A stretch of DNA of 64,000 bases from a bacterium (lineage in GTDB: Bacteria > SAR324 > NAC60-12). A program made the translations under genes and the position numbers. Of this stretch, positions 52,470 to 63,079 are shown piece by piece. The first letter of the stretch is position 1; each line of letters begins with the position of its first letter. Location of the stretch: contig CBDBHR010000030.1 of assembly GCA_965205865.1 (NCBI GenBank), forward strand, positions 32,001 through 96,000. The letters run 5' to 3'. The notes below the pieces were generated by a model, which was not told where the DNA came from, did not search any database, and saw only the letters and a list, made by a program, of their open reading frames with translations.

Positions 52470-54165
52470 CCTAAATCCTGCAATTGAATATTTTGATTGA
52501 GTTTCCCCCCACTCTTTGAGAGGTTTTTTTAAAAAAAAGGATTTGAGAGTTGAATTTCCATCAGTCCTTGCTCATAAAGGTTTTTCCGCCCTCCATTAGA
52601 TCGTCATATTTTGTGATGATCTGATACCCGCTTTCGCGGGCACAAGATTCAAGACGTACTTCTCCCTGGATTTGGGAATTTACATCTCAGCAAAATGTAT
52701 CCACTGGAGTGAAACAAAGGATCTAGGTCTCTCCAACAGCGACCCATGCATCCCATTGAGCATTGTAAAGTGTTCTTTCCGGAACTCTCAGTTTTTGTTG
52801 ACGAGCGCCACTCGTCCATTTTCCTGCCATTCGGACAAGATAGGTGCGCATGGTGGCCGGTTCCCAACGGCGCAGTATTGCGTTACCACTACAAAGGGCC
52901 ATCCAGCGCAGCGTGTTGTAAGCGAGTATCGCGCATTGGAACAAGGCACTGTTGGCCCAAAAATCGTCGGTTTTAATCTGAGCCAGCGCAGTTTGATTTT
53001 TTGCTTCCTCAATCCATGTCTCAGCGACCGCCCTTTGGCCATACTCTTTGTGAGCCTGCCAGGGAGTGAGCGCGTCAGTGAGAACATAACAAAAATAATC
53101 GTACTCCTTCATCTCAAAGAGGGTGGCCATCCCTTTGAGTTCCTCCTCTTTCTCCCTGCGTACGGCCATGAATTTTCTTGACCTCCTCCAAGTTTCACAT
53201 TGGTGGGAAAACTCACACCCTTCCCAAGCGGGCTGCCCCTTCACTTTTTGCCATTTTTGGGTTTCCAACAACGAGACAAGCCCCTTGAGTTTGACCTTGA
53301 TCAGATAGCCATGGCCTCGTTCTTCGAGGAAATCCAGCAAATCCCCCACAAAAAAACCACTGTCTCCACGAAACAGAGTGCGAGTCCGATTTGGAAGGTG
53401 AGCGAGAAGTTGCCGCATGAATTCAACGACTCCATTGCTGGTATAGGCACTCCCATCACGAAGCCAACCCTGAAGAATCTCCTTTGTCTCTGTGCAAAAT
53501 GCCAGCAGAGGATGATACGAAGCTGCACCGCGTTTGTGGGGATTATATCCGACAGACACTCCTTGCTGCTTGCCGTAGGCCGTTTTCACAGTGGAGTCCA
53601 CGTCAATCACAAGACAGTGTAACACCCCAACGATGCTTGTCCCACTTCGAAGCGCCTTACGCCAGATACCGGCTCGAATCCGATGGTTCAAGCTCTCCAT
53701 CTCATTGATGTTTTTCTGTGTGAAAGTACGCAGTATCCGGCCGAATGTGGTTTCATCCGGAATCCTCAGCCAACCGGCCACACGACTCAAAACACGGTCG
53801 TTCCAAACTGTCACAATCGAACGAATCGAACGGGCGCCACCAACAATGCCGACCACCGACAAAATGACCATGTCCACCGCGTCATAAAGACCCGTGGCGC
53901 CACGCCGATGATCTACGGTCTGCTCTGTCTTTGAAACAATCCCTTCTTTGTGAAAAAATTTGACAACCGGAATCAAGCCTGCTTGCGCGGTCAGGTCTCT
54001 GCCTCCCTGGCTGATATGGATGTTTTTTGCTGTCGTTCTTGCCGATCTTGCGCTACCTTTGTTTTTCATGGTAATGGTGATCTCTTAAAATGTTGATTCT
54101 GGTGTTAACTATTTGAGTATATTACCATTTCCATGTTTGATTGTCATCTAATTGCAGGATTTAGG
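52470..54165 (-). mobile_element. IS1380-family element with intact transposase (52723-54069)
   Basis: IRs CCTAAATCCTGCAATT/AATTGCAGGATTTAGG; 5-bp TSD TAACA; IDVDST, SYHPL, RGDSGF, AETWIEEAKN. Confidence 0.95.
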
Positions 54166-54331
54166 TAACATAAATTTGTAATATTCATGGTGAATATTGC
54201 TTTTTTAACTCCTTATATTAAAGGTCAAAATGAAACGAATCATCAGAAGCATCGTCGAGAACGTGTTTTCGATAACGAAAGCAGTTTTTAAATCAATCCT
54301 TAATTTTGAACATGCAATCGAAAGGAAAAAG

Positions 54332-56104
54332 ATGGAAAATCAAAAAAGCAAATCAACCTTCAGGGCAATTCTGTTGGCCTTCATCATGGGGGTGGCAGTT
54401 TTCTTGGGCAGCCCGGTCTGGGCAGCCGAAATGGTCAAAGATCCGGCCACCGGAGAGATGGTGACGGCGCCGAATTATGGGGGGAAATTAACCTACCCCT
54501 TGGCTACGGATCCTCTGAATATTGACCCCTATGCCTGGGTATATGCGGGAATGGTCGTCGGTCCCGTTAATGAGAAGCTAGGCATCGCGGACTGGGCAGT
54601 ACCCAGGGACGAATTCGACTTTAGAAGCCTTTACATCCCTGATCATTTGCTAAAAGGTAGGCTGGCTGAAAGCTGGGAAACGCCCGACCCCACAACGATC
54701 ATCTTCCATATCCGCCAGGGCGTTCACTGGCACGATAAGGCACCAATGAATGGGAGAGAATTAACGGCCAAGGACATAGAATATACCTTTCACCGTCTAT
54801 TGGGCCTGGGCAGCGGCTTCACCGAGAAGTTCCCCCAATGGAGCGATTTGTGGGAGCCTATAGAATCCGTAGAGGCTACCGATAATTGGACGGTTGTTTT
54901 TAAGCTGAATCGGGTATCCCTCACTATGCTGAAGATTATCCTCTCCAAAGAGCATGCTGCCATTGTAGCCCCCGAGGTAATCAAGGAACACGGCAACGCT
55001 GAGGATTGGAGGAACGTGGTCGGCACCGGTCCCTATGAGCTGACTGACCATGTCCCGGGCAGCTCTTGGAGCTACACCAAGAATCCTGACTACTGGGGCA
55101 CCGACGAAAAATACCCGGAGAACCGCTTGCCCTATGTTGACGAGCTAAAGATGCTGTTTATGCTGGAACCGGCAACACGTCTGGCGGCATTGCGCTCGGC
55201 TAAGGTTGATATGCTAAGTAACGTCAGCTACTCTTCAATAACCTCTATCGACCAGGTAGAGAGCCTGCAGAGGACCAACCCCGAAATCGTGCTGTACCCG
55301 TGGTCAATGCGGGCCCAAACGGCTCTTCATGCTGACGTGCAGAGGAAGCCCTGGAGCGACATCAGGGTGCGTATCGCATTACAGATGGCAATCGACCGTG
55401 AGACACTTAACGCGACCTACTTTAAGGGTTGGGCAGACACCAGACCTGAGGGGAGTAACGGGAGAGCCTTTGTCGGGTATAGCAACCCATATGAAACGTG
55501 GCCCGAAGAGCTTAAGGAAGAATTTGCCTATAACCCGCAAAGGGCCGAGGAGCTCCTTGATGAGGCCGGATATCCTCGCGGCGCGGACGGTATTTGATTC
55601 AAGACGACTTATCAACACTTGGATTTCTACGATTTAGACTATTATCAATTGGTCATGTCATACTTGCGTGAGATTGGCATTGAGACAGAGATTACGGTAC
55701 ATGACAATCCTTCTCATATGGCTCTTTGGCGAGAGCATACTTATGAAGGTCTGATTAATGGTAATACCGGCCAGGAGTGGTTCCCTCCCGAGCAGCCGAA
55801 ATGGTTTTACTCGACCTATTGGAACAATAAATCGAATGCCCAGGACCCGGTTTATGACGCCATGGTTGACGCCTTTCTTGCCGCTACCACCATTGAGGAG
55901 CAGAAGAGGTACTTTAGAGAGGCCGATATGTACGTAATAAAGAATCACTGGGTGATAGCTGGTCCCAGACCTCCAATGTTTAATGCGGTCCAGCCGTGGG
56001 TCATAGGTTATAACGGCGAAAACGACCTTGGCACTACTGAGGGACCTGTCATCTTCTCCCGCCTCTGGATTGATAGTGAGCTGAAGAAAGAAATGGGGCA
56101 TTAG
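54332..56104 (+). pseudogene. ABC family-5 substrate-binding protein with in-frame TGA (55595)
   Basis: 54230-55597 and 55619-56104 share a frame; GI*FKT versus paralog GTRFKT. Confidence 0.88.
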
Positions 56105-56216
56105 GGGTTTCGCCCCTTGTGACTGGGCTCAGGGGAAAAAGGGGGTCGGGGGTCCTTGGCGCGGAAGCTCAAGCTTCCCAGCTCCCTAACTTATTGAATA
56201 ATGAGAGGACGGCAAC

Positions 56217-56276
56217 GAGATTGCCACGCCCTTCAGTGGAAGGGCTCGCAATGACGAAAGAGGGCTCGCAATGACG
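56217..56276. repeat. GAGATTGCCACG...CTCGCAATGAC palindromic element
   Basis: Hairpin GCCCTTC/GAAGGGC; doubled CTCGCAATGAC end. Confidence 0.6.
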
Positions 56277-56290
56277 AGGAGTAGTGTTAC

Positions 56291-57295
56291 ATGAAAGCCT
56301 ATATCATCAGGCGCTTATTGCTGGTGATCCCCACCCTATTTATATTGAGCATCCTGGTCTTTCTCTCTGTCCGCTTCATCCCCGGCGATGTCATAGACGG
56401 AATGGCGGCTAGGATGGAAGCAGCGGGGGGTGCCGTTATTGACCGTGAAGCTCTTGAGCATATGCTGGGATTAGACATGCCTGTCCACGTGCAGTATGGA
56501 CGCTGGATGGGAGTGTTGCCGACCCCTGACGGGGTTACCGGTGAGTCCCACTTGAAAGGTCTCCTCCAGGGCACCCTTGGCGAATCAATGATGCCTGGCC
56601 ATTTCACGGTAGAGGAGAGGATATTAGGTAGATTGCCAGTAACCATTGAGCTTGGCGTCCTGGCCATCGTCATCTCGCTCTTGATAGCCCTGCCAGTCGG
56701 CATCTACTCGGCGATTCGCCAGGATACCGCCGCCGACTACGCTGGGCGCTCCATCGCCATCATCGGCCTGGCAACTCCTAACTTCTGGCTGGGAATTATG
56801 GTCATGACCTTCCCGGCAATCTGGTGGGGCTGGTCGCCACCGATGGAAGTGGTTCGGTTCACGGAAGACCCGCTGGGGAACCTCGGGGTGTTCCTCATTC
56901 CCAGCTTGATTCTGGGGACGGCCATGGCTGCAGCCACCATGCGGATGACGCGTACCATGATGCTGGAGGTGCTCAGGCAGGACTATATCAGGACGGCCTG
57001 GTCCAAGGGTCTCAAGGAGAGGGTAGTTATTATCAGACACGCTTTCAAGAATGCCCTCATCCCGATAGTTACCCTGGTAGGCCTGCAGTTACCTATCCTG
57101 GTCGGGGGCGCCGTTATTATGGAGAACATATTTAACCTGCCGGGGTTAGGTCGTCTCCTGCTGTTTGCACTCAATGACAGAGACTACCCGACAGTCTCCG
57201 GAGTCAACCTGGTTCTCGCCACCGTGGTTATAGGGGTCAATCTCCTCATCGACCTGATTTATCCTTATTTGGATCCGAGGGTGAGGTATGAGTGA
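56291..57295 (+). CDS. ABC permease (DppB-like)
   Basis: QDYIRTAWSKGL EAA loop; intact. Confidence 0.92.
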   Translation: MKAYIIRRLLLVIPTLFILSILVFLSVRFIPGDVIDGMAARMEAAGGAVIDREALEHMLGLDMPVHVQYGRWMGVLPTPDGVTGESHLKGLLQGTLGESMMPGHFTVEERILGRLPVTIELGVLAIVISLLIALPVGIYSAIRQDTAADYAGRSIAIIGLATPNFWLGIMVMTFPAIWWGWSPPMEVVRFTEDPLGNLGVFLIPSLILGTAMAAATMRMTRTMMLEVLRQDYIRTAWSKGLKERVVIIRHAFKNALIPIVTLVGLQLPILVGGAVIMENIFNLPGLGRLLLFALNDRDYPTVSGVNLVLATVVIGVNLLIDLIYPYLDPRVRYE

Positions 57296-58235
57296 GCCCA
57301 AGCAACGAAGCCAGATTGCGGATTTCTTCATCAGGCTGTGGCGGGAGAAACCACTGGGTACTGCCTGCGGTATTATCATATTGATATTGATTTTTGTCGC
57401 GATCTTTGCCGATGTTCTGGCCCCTTATGGATATGATGAAATGCACGCGGTGGACAGGCTTCAGGGCTCATCATACCGGTATCTCCTCGGGACCGACCAG
57501 TTGGGGCGAGACCTCCTGAGCCGCCTGATCTACGGGGCTCGTAATTCGTTAATTGTCGGTCTGGCAGCGACCGCTCTCAATGTGATCGTCGCTGTCCTGA
57601 TCGGCGGCACTTCAGGATTCATTGGTGGAAAATTGGACCTGGCTATGCAGAGATTTGTCGATGCCTGGATGGCTTTTCCGGGACTGCTCCTCTTGTTAAC
57701 CATCATGTCCATAGCGGGGAGGGGTTTATTACAGATCATCGTGGTCCTGGGGATCGCAGGAGGCATCGCCGGCTCAAGAATAGTCAGAGGCGCCGTGATC
57801 GGCATTAAGAAGAATGATTATTTTCAGGCCGCCAAAGCCGTGGGCACCCCCACGCGCCAAATCCTCTTACGACATGTGCTGCCCAATATCGTACCGCCTG
57901 TCATCATCATCTTCTCAATCAACATCGGGGGGGTGATTATCTCCGCGGCTGCTCTGAGTTTCCTGGGATTCGGTTTGCCACCCCAGACTCCTGACTGGGG
58001 CGCTATGCTCAGCAATGAAGGGCGTCGCTACATGGAGATGGCGCCACGGCTGGCTCTCTGGCCTGGTCTATGCCTGACTATGGTCGTTTACAGTCTGAAC
58101 ATGTTTGGCGACGCCATGAGGGACTTGCTCGACCCCCGTCTGCGAAGCGGTCAGGGCAGTTATGGCACCGCAAAGAGAAAACGCAAACGAGGCTTCCTGG
58201 CCCGATTGATCAACCCCTTCTCTATTGATGAGTAA
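57288..58235 (+). CDS. ABC permease (DppC-like)
   Basis: LLGTDQLGRD, HVLPN, GDAMRD.LDP. Confidence 0.92.
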   Translation: MSEPKQRSQIADFFIRLWREKPLGTACGIIILILIFVAIFADVLAPYGYDEMHAVDRLQGSSYRYLLGTDQLGRDLLSRLIYGARNSLIVGLAATALNVIVAVLIGGTSGFIGGKLDLAMQRFVDAWMAFPGLLLLLTIMSIAGRGLLQIIVVLGIAGGIAGSRIVRGAVIGIKKNDYFQAAKAVGTPTRQILLRHVLPNIVPPVIIIFSINIGGVIISAAALSFLGFGLPPQTPDWGAMLSNEGRRYMEMAPRLALWPGLCLTMVVYSLNMFGDAMRDLLDPRLRSGQGSYGTAKRKRKRGFLARLINPFSIDE

Positions 58236-58304
58236 TTAATTGGAATAAACCCCCACCTCCGGTGAGGGACCCATATAGGTTTGAGCGTGCGCAGTAGTCA
58301 TAGT

Positions 58305-58500
58305 TTAGTCCCGGAGGGACGAAAGATCATAGCCCAGCCATTGATGGCTGGGGACTGATTTTGATGCTGGATCCAGTCCCGGAGGGACGACACTTAAAGC
58401 GCACTGAAGAAAAAGTGTCGTCCCTCCGGGACTAAAAAACTTTTGTGGCCTATCCCAGCCATCAATGGCTGGGCTATGCCCTGTCACCCCTCCGGGGTTT
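58305..58500. repeat. long nested palindrome AGTCCCGGAGGGACGA / TAGCCCAGCCATTGATGGCTGGG (REP/IS200-like)
   Basis: Left and right halves are inverted copies of each other. Confidence 0.75.
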
Positions 58501-58668
58501 TCTCACCTTCCCCTGTGTGAGATCGAACCGGATCCCTCGGGGGGACCCAATAAATATCCTTTGAGACGTTCACAATAATAAGCCACCGGCTTTACCGGTG
58601 GTCACTTTAACTGATGAATAAACTGCCATGCGCAACTTCAGCACTCCCCGGATTCTCAAGGAGACACT

Positions 58669-61359
58669 ATGAGTAGCACCCAGGTATACCCCTTTGCAGT
58701 TCTAGACAACGCACTGGTTGTCGATCCGGATACGGTCGGGGGCAAGGGGCTGTCGTTGGCACGCATGACTGCTGCCGGATTTCCAGTTCCGGCCAGCTTT
58801 ACGGTCACAACCGCCGCCTACCGGCAGTTTGTTTCTGACAACGGTCTTCAAGCGGCCATCATCGATGGGGCAAAACCGGAACTCGTGGGCACAGCGGTGT
58901 CTTTCGATTCCGCCTCGGCGCGTATCCGGTCGTTGTTTGCCAAAGCTGAGCTAAGGGAGGAACTGAAGGCGCAGATCGCGGAGGTCTATGCCGCCCTGGG
59001 CGCCGGCGAGCCACCGGTTGCGGTGCGTTCCTCGGCAAACGCGGAAGACCTGCCGGACCTGTCTTTTGCGGGGCAGCAGGACACCTATCTCAATATACGC
59101 GGTAGCGATGCGGTGTTCGCCGCGGTGCGCGACTGCTGGGCGTCGTTGTGGAGCGCACGGGCCCTCCGTTATCGGCATGAACATGCCATCGCCCAGGAGG
59201 CGGTTGCCATGGCGGTGGTGGTGCAGAAAATGGTATCCTCGGAAGTCTCCGGCATCCTCTTTAGCGCCAACCCGGCCACCGGGGAGCGCTCTGAGATGAT
59301 CGTCAATGCCGGCTTCGGGTTGGGCGAAGCGATTGTCGGCGGCGAGATCACTCCCGATACCTACCTCATCGACAGGGACGCCTTGACCGTCAAAGAGACC
59401 ATCATCGGCAGCAAGGAGCACATGATGGTGTCCACTGCAGGCCAGGGTACCGACAACCGTGAGTTGAGCGCGGTGGAACGGGAACAGTCGTCGCTGGCGG
59501 AGCCGGTGTTGCGGGAACTGGCCCAACTCGCCATCGCCGTGGAGCAGCACTTCGGCCAGCCCCAGGATATCGAGTGGGCGGTCGTCAACGGGACCCTGTC
59601 GCTGCTGCAGTCGCGGCCCATTACCAACCTGCCTCCGGCACCGCTGAAGGACGTTCGGTGGGAAAAACCCGACCTGCCGGATTGGGTCTTAGATATTCCG
59701 CTCATACGAAGAAACCTGGTGGAGCATATCCCGGGTCCGGTCTCGCCGCTGTTCGAAGATCTCTACCTGAAGGATGCGGTGGGCGTGGGTGGTGGAGCGG
59801 GGCAGGGTTTTCATTACGCTGTCAATGGTTATGCGTATTGGACGGGGGGTACGCCCCCAGGTGTGGAATCGAGAACTACGGCCCACTGGCCCGGGTCTGC
59901 GAACGAACAGACCCCTATCACGAGTATGCGGATGTTCAAGAACCCGCCAAAGTATGTCCTCAACCATATCTACAGTACGAGCAAATGGGCCAGGGTTTAC
60001 ACTGAGCGGTTTGCCTCGTGGCGCAAGGAAACGTTGCCCGCGTTCCTGGCCGTGATTGATGAGTGGCGGCAGGTGGACCCGCGGGCAGCATCGGATGTGG
60101 CACTGCTGGATGGCATGCGTGCCCTGGCAAGAGCGGATGGTGAGACCTGGTGGTCACCCGCGATGAAACTGGAATCGAGGGTCAGCCGTGTCGGCACGGG
60201 GTTGGTCATGAATATGCTGCGGGGTGCGGAAATGAGATTCCATGAATTTCTGCGGAAAGCGGCCCCGGGGAAGGGGTTTAGCAGCGGCCATTTCCTCAGC
60301 GGCCTGCGCTCGCTCTCCATGGAAGCCCAGGACGAGATCTCCGACATTGCCGAACTCATCCGTGCCAATGAGGGACTGTTTGAACTCGTGCTGACCACTC
60401 CTGCGCAACGGCTGCTTGCCGCGTTGAGTGAGCGCTCAGAGGCAGCGCTGATCGTTCAGGCGATCGATCAGCATCTGGAGCGCTACGGGCATCAGATCAC
60501 TACGCTCGACTTTGTCGAACCAACGCTTGCGGAAGACCCCTTGCCGGTGATGTTGAACCTGAAAGCAGTGGTCCAGGACACCGACCACGACCCGGCCGCC
60601 ACGCAGATCGACCTCGCCAGGCGACGTCAGGCGGCCCTGAGGGAGGCGAAGCAGGCCTTCAGCGACGAAGATTGGCGGGAATTGTGCGAATTCCTCTGGG
60701 TCATGAAGCGGGTTTATCCTGATCGCGAACAGGCGCTGTTTTACCTGGGTGCCGGATGGCCGACGCTGAGAGGGCTCGCCCTCGAACTGGGGCGTCGTCT
60801 CGTCGAGGCCGGCACTCTCACCCAGCCGGACGACCTCTTCTACCTGTGGAGGGCACAGCTCGAAGAGGCTATGGCGGCGCGCCAGGCCGGTCAGGCGCTG
60901 CCGGAACTGAAGGAACGTGTCACCGAGCAGCGCGAACTGCAGCAGGCGCGCCTGCGGCTGGTGCCACCGAACACGGTGCCACCGGAAGAAGGCTGGGGGC
61001 CTGGCTGGGGCAAGACCGCCAACGACGCGGACAACGACAGCCTGAACGGCAACGCCTGCAGTCCCGGCCAGATCACCGCGCGCGCCAGCCTGGTCATGTC
61101 CCCGGCCGATTTTGCGAACATGCAACCCGGCACCATCCTCGTCTGCCCGATGACCACTCCTGCCTGGACGCAACTATTCTCCCAGGCCAAGGGTCTGGTG
61201 ACCGATATTGGTAGCATCCTCACCCATGGCTCGATCGTTGCCCGCGAGTACAACATCCCCGCGGTGCTCGGAGTCGGGATTGCCACCCAGCGGATCAGAC
61301 ACGGGCAGCTGATCCGTGTCGATGGCGACAACGGTGTGGTCGCTCTCCTTGACGAGTGA
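58669..61359 (+). CDS. PEP-utilising enzyme, rifampin-phosphotransferase-like architecture
   Basis: N-terminal ATP-grasp (GGKG, VAVRSS..AED...SFAGQ, QDIEWA, LQSRPIT); C-terminal phospho-His swivel (THGSIVAREY.IPAV). Confidence 0.85.
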   Translation: MSSTQVYPFAVLDNALVVDPDTVGGKGLSLARMTAAGFPVPASFTVTTAAYRQFVSDNGLQAAIIDGAKPELVGTAVSFDSASARIRSLFAKAELREELKAQIAEVYAALGAGEPPVAVRSSANAEDLPDLSFAGQQDTYLNIRGSDAVFAAVRDCWASLWSARALRYRHEHAIAQEAVAMAVVVQKMVSSEVSGILFSANPATGERSEMIVNAGFGLGEAIVGGEITPDTYLIDRDALTVKETIIGSKEHMMVSTAGQGTDNRELSAVEREQSSLAEPVLRELAQLAIAVEQHFGQPQDIEWAVVNGTLSLLQSRPITNLPPAPLKDVRWEKPDLPDWVLDIPLIRRNLVEHIPGPVSPLFEDLYLKDAVGVGGGAGQGFHYAVNGYAYWTGGTPPGVESRTTAHWPGSANEQTPITSMRMFKNPPKYVLNHIYSTSKWARVYTERFASWRKETLPAFLAVIDEWRQVDPRAASDVALLDGMRALARADGETWWSPAMKLESRVSRVGTGLVMNMLRGAEMRFHEFLRKAAPGKGFSSGHFLSGLRSLSMEAQDEISDIAELIRANEGLFELVLTTPAQRLLAALSERSEAALIVQAIDQHLERYGHQITTLDFVEPTLAEDPLPVMLNLKAVVQDTDHDPAATQIDLARRRQAALREAKQAFSDEDWRELCEFLWVMKRVYPDREQALFYLGAGWPTLRGLALELGRRLVEAGTLTQPDDLFYLWRAQLEEAMAARQAGQALPELKERVTEQRELQQARLRLVPPNTVPPEEGWGPGWGKTANDADNDSLNGNACSPGQITARASLVMSPADFANMQPGTILVCPMTTPAWTQLFSQAKGLVTDIGSILTHGSIVAREYNIPAVLGVGIATQRIRHGQLIRVDGDNGVVALLDE

Positions 61360-61373
61360 GGGGTGTGGGGATT

Positions 61374-61711
61374 ATGAAGATTCTGGTCACGAACGACGAC
61401 GGCATCGAATCGCCCGGCATCCGGGCTCTTGCCGACGCGATGAGAGAGAGCCGATTTTTGACCTTGCCGCTACGGTTTCCGAATTGTTGGCGCGAAACAT
61501 GGCAGACGGTGAAATGCCACCGGGTCTCACACTCAATGTCAACGTTGCCAGTGTCCCCCGCGGAGAAATCCGGGGTATTGCCGTCACCAAACTCTCTCCT
61601 ATTCTTTACTGGAGATTGAGAACGGAACAGGGCAGCGATGGACTCTACTATAACAAGCTCTCCGCAATCACGGAGGACCATCCCGAAATCGTAGAGGGGA
61701 GCGTTTGCTAA
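61374..61711 (+). pseudogene. surE: SurE nucleotidase remnant (internal deletion)
   Basis: MKILVTNDDGI.SPGI and LNVNV segments only. Confidence 0.8.
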
Positions 61712-61742
61712 ATCGTATGTGGTGAATGATTGAATTTGTATC

Positions 61743-61867
61743 GTTTAACATTAAGCTAAGCCACGCCTACTCAACAGAAATTGAAGAATGAAAGAAGGCT
61801 GTTTCAAAGGCGAGATTAATGGTAGCGAAGCGAAGGGCAGGCGTCGGTCTTCAGCGACTTGTTCGCA
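61743..61867 (-). other. attC integron recombination site
   Basis: Minus strand TGCGAAC AAGTCGCTGAAG ... GGCTTAGCTTAAT GTTAAAC; 125 bp; overlaps the stop of the upstream gene. Confidence 0.75.
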
Positions 61868-62211
61868 TTTTTTCAATCTTTTTGAACACTTCTTCTATAT
61901 CTGATCCACTAAGCCATTGATGCCTCTCCTCCGTGTAATTTCCTTTTCCTGCTTCAAACTGCTGAAGAAAACGAGCCATAGCAACTGGTCCTAATTTTTT
62001 ATTCATACTGTGAACGGATGATTTCTTCATTTTTGTCATCCTGAGGGAACCGAAGGATCTTCTTGATTCCCATGAGATTCTTGCTTAGGCAGCCCCCTTA
62101 GCTCGGAATGACAGGTCTTTTGAAAAGTGAAATTTAAACCGGTTCAGAGTATAATACTTCAAAACCAAGTTGGCGTATTTGGGTCAAATTCGTTGGTTCT
62201 GTTTTTTCCAT
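61851..62211 (-). pseudogene. putative antitoxin of a PIN toxin, interrupted by a 148-bp MITE
   Basis: Removing 62005-62152 restores ...QLGFEVLNKKLGPVAMARFLQQF. Confidence 0.7.
62005..62152. mobile_element. MITE with terminal IRs ATACT(G/C)TGAAC enclosing a GTCATCCTGAG...GGAATGAC palindrome
   Basis: Clean insertion into a coding frame. Confidence 0.7.
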
Positions 62212-62214
62212 TGA

Positions 62215-62385
62215 CTTACCTCTATTAACCATAAAACCGGATCAATTACTCGAACTTCAAGTTCTTTCGAGAATTTTGATCCTTTTTTGAAACCTTGTCA
62301 TCCGTTGTCAAAAATATGTCTGCATTTCCGCTTTCTGCACAGGCAATATGCAAAGCATCAAGAGTATCAAATCCAAAAGTCTGTG
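62215..62385 (-). pseudogene. PIN-domain toxin C-terminal remnant
   Basis: LDALHIACAE...ADIFLTTDD. Confidence 0.75.
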
Positions 62386-62653
62386 TCACACAATCGAACT
62401 TCCTGTCCGAGTGTTTCTTGGCTCTCCCGGTATTGTCGTGGTTCGTTTCTGTCAGGAAGAGATATTTCAGGAGGTACCATTGATTCTGACACCAACGGTA
62501 CGGGGGAATGCGCCCGGGTGGGATGATATCCGTGTGCTCAAGGTGACGTGCTATGCCGAAAACGTATTGTGCCTGACCTCAAACTTGCCATGTGGGGTCT
62601 GATGGCATTACTTCCCGACCAGATCAACTTGATGGAGTAAAACTCGAGGGAAA

Positions 62654-63079
62654 TTACTCATTAAGAAAGTTTTCAATTTCACCTTCAAACTGTTTCCACA
62701 CCTTGGGCAGTTCTTCAGTTAAGGGTCGAAATTCTTCTTCTTTTAACAGAATTCCATAAGCATGCACGAAGAAATGACGAAATCCTCGATATTGATCCAG
62801 TTTGTCTGATAACTCTTTGGAAAGAATACCCTGCTGTATCGCAATGTCTATTAGATCTTTGTGAGAGGAAGAGGACTCCGGAATGGTAATATTTTGATGT
62901 TTGAGTATCCGCTTCAGAATGTTTTCTATGCCCGTATAACAATGGTGTAAACTCGCACCAATCGCTGTTAATTCAACAACGGTCTTCTCAGAGCGATTGG
63001 AAGCCTCCTGAAGAACCTCAATGGTTTCATTAATATGCTCTTTTTCAATTGCAATTTCTTCAAGGAGTTTCTCCATATA
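62654..63079 (-). CDS. HepT-like (HEPN) ribonuclease
   Basis: LHHCYTGIENIL, SHKDL, FRHFFVHAY (RX4H motif). Confidence 0.85.
   Translation of the reverse strand, partial: YMEKLLEEIAIEKEHINETIEVLQEASNRSEKTVVELTAIGASLHHCYTGIENILKRILKHQNITIPESSSSHKDLIDIAIQQGILSKELSDKLDQYRGFRHFFVHAYGILLKEEEFRPLTEELPKVWKQFEGEIENFLNE

Noticed and set aside
40791-55597. Genetic code 4/25 (TGA reassigned) or selenocysteine
   Set aside because: Core genes terminate at TGA, and the interrupted positions align to Arg/Ile rather than Trp, Gly or Cys.
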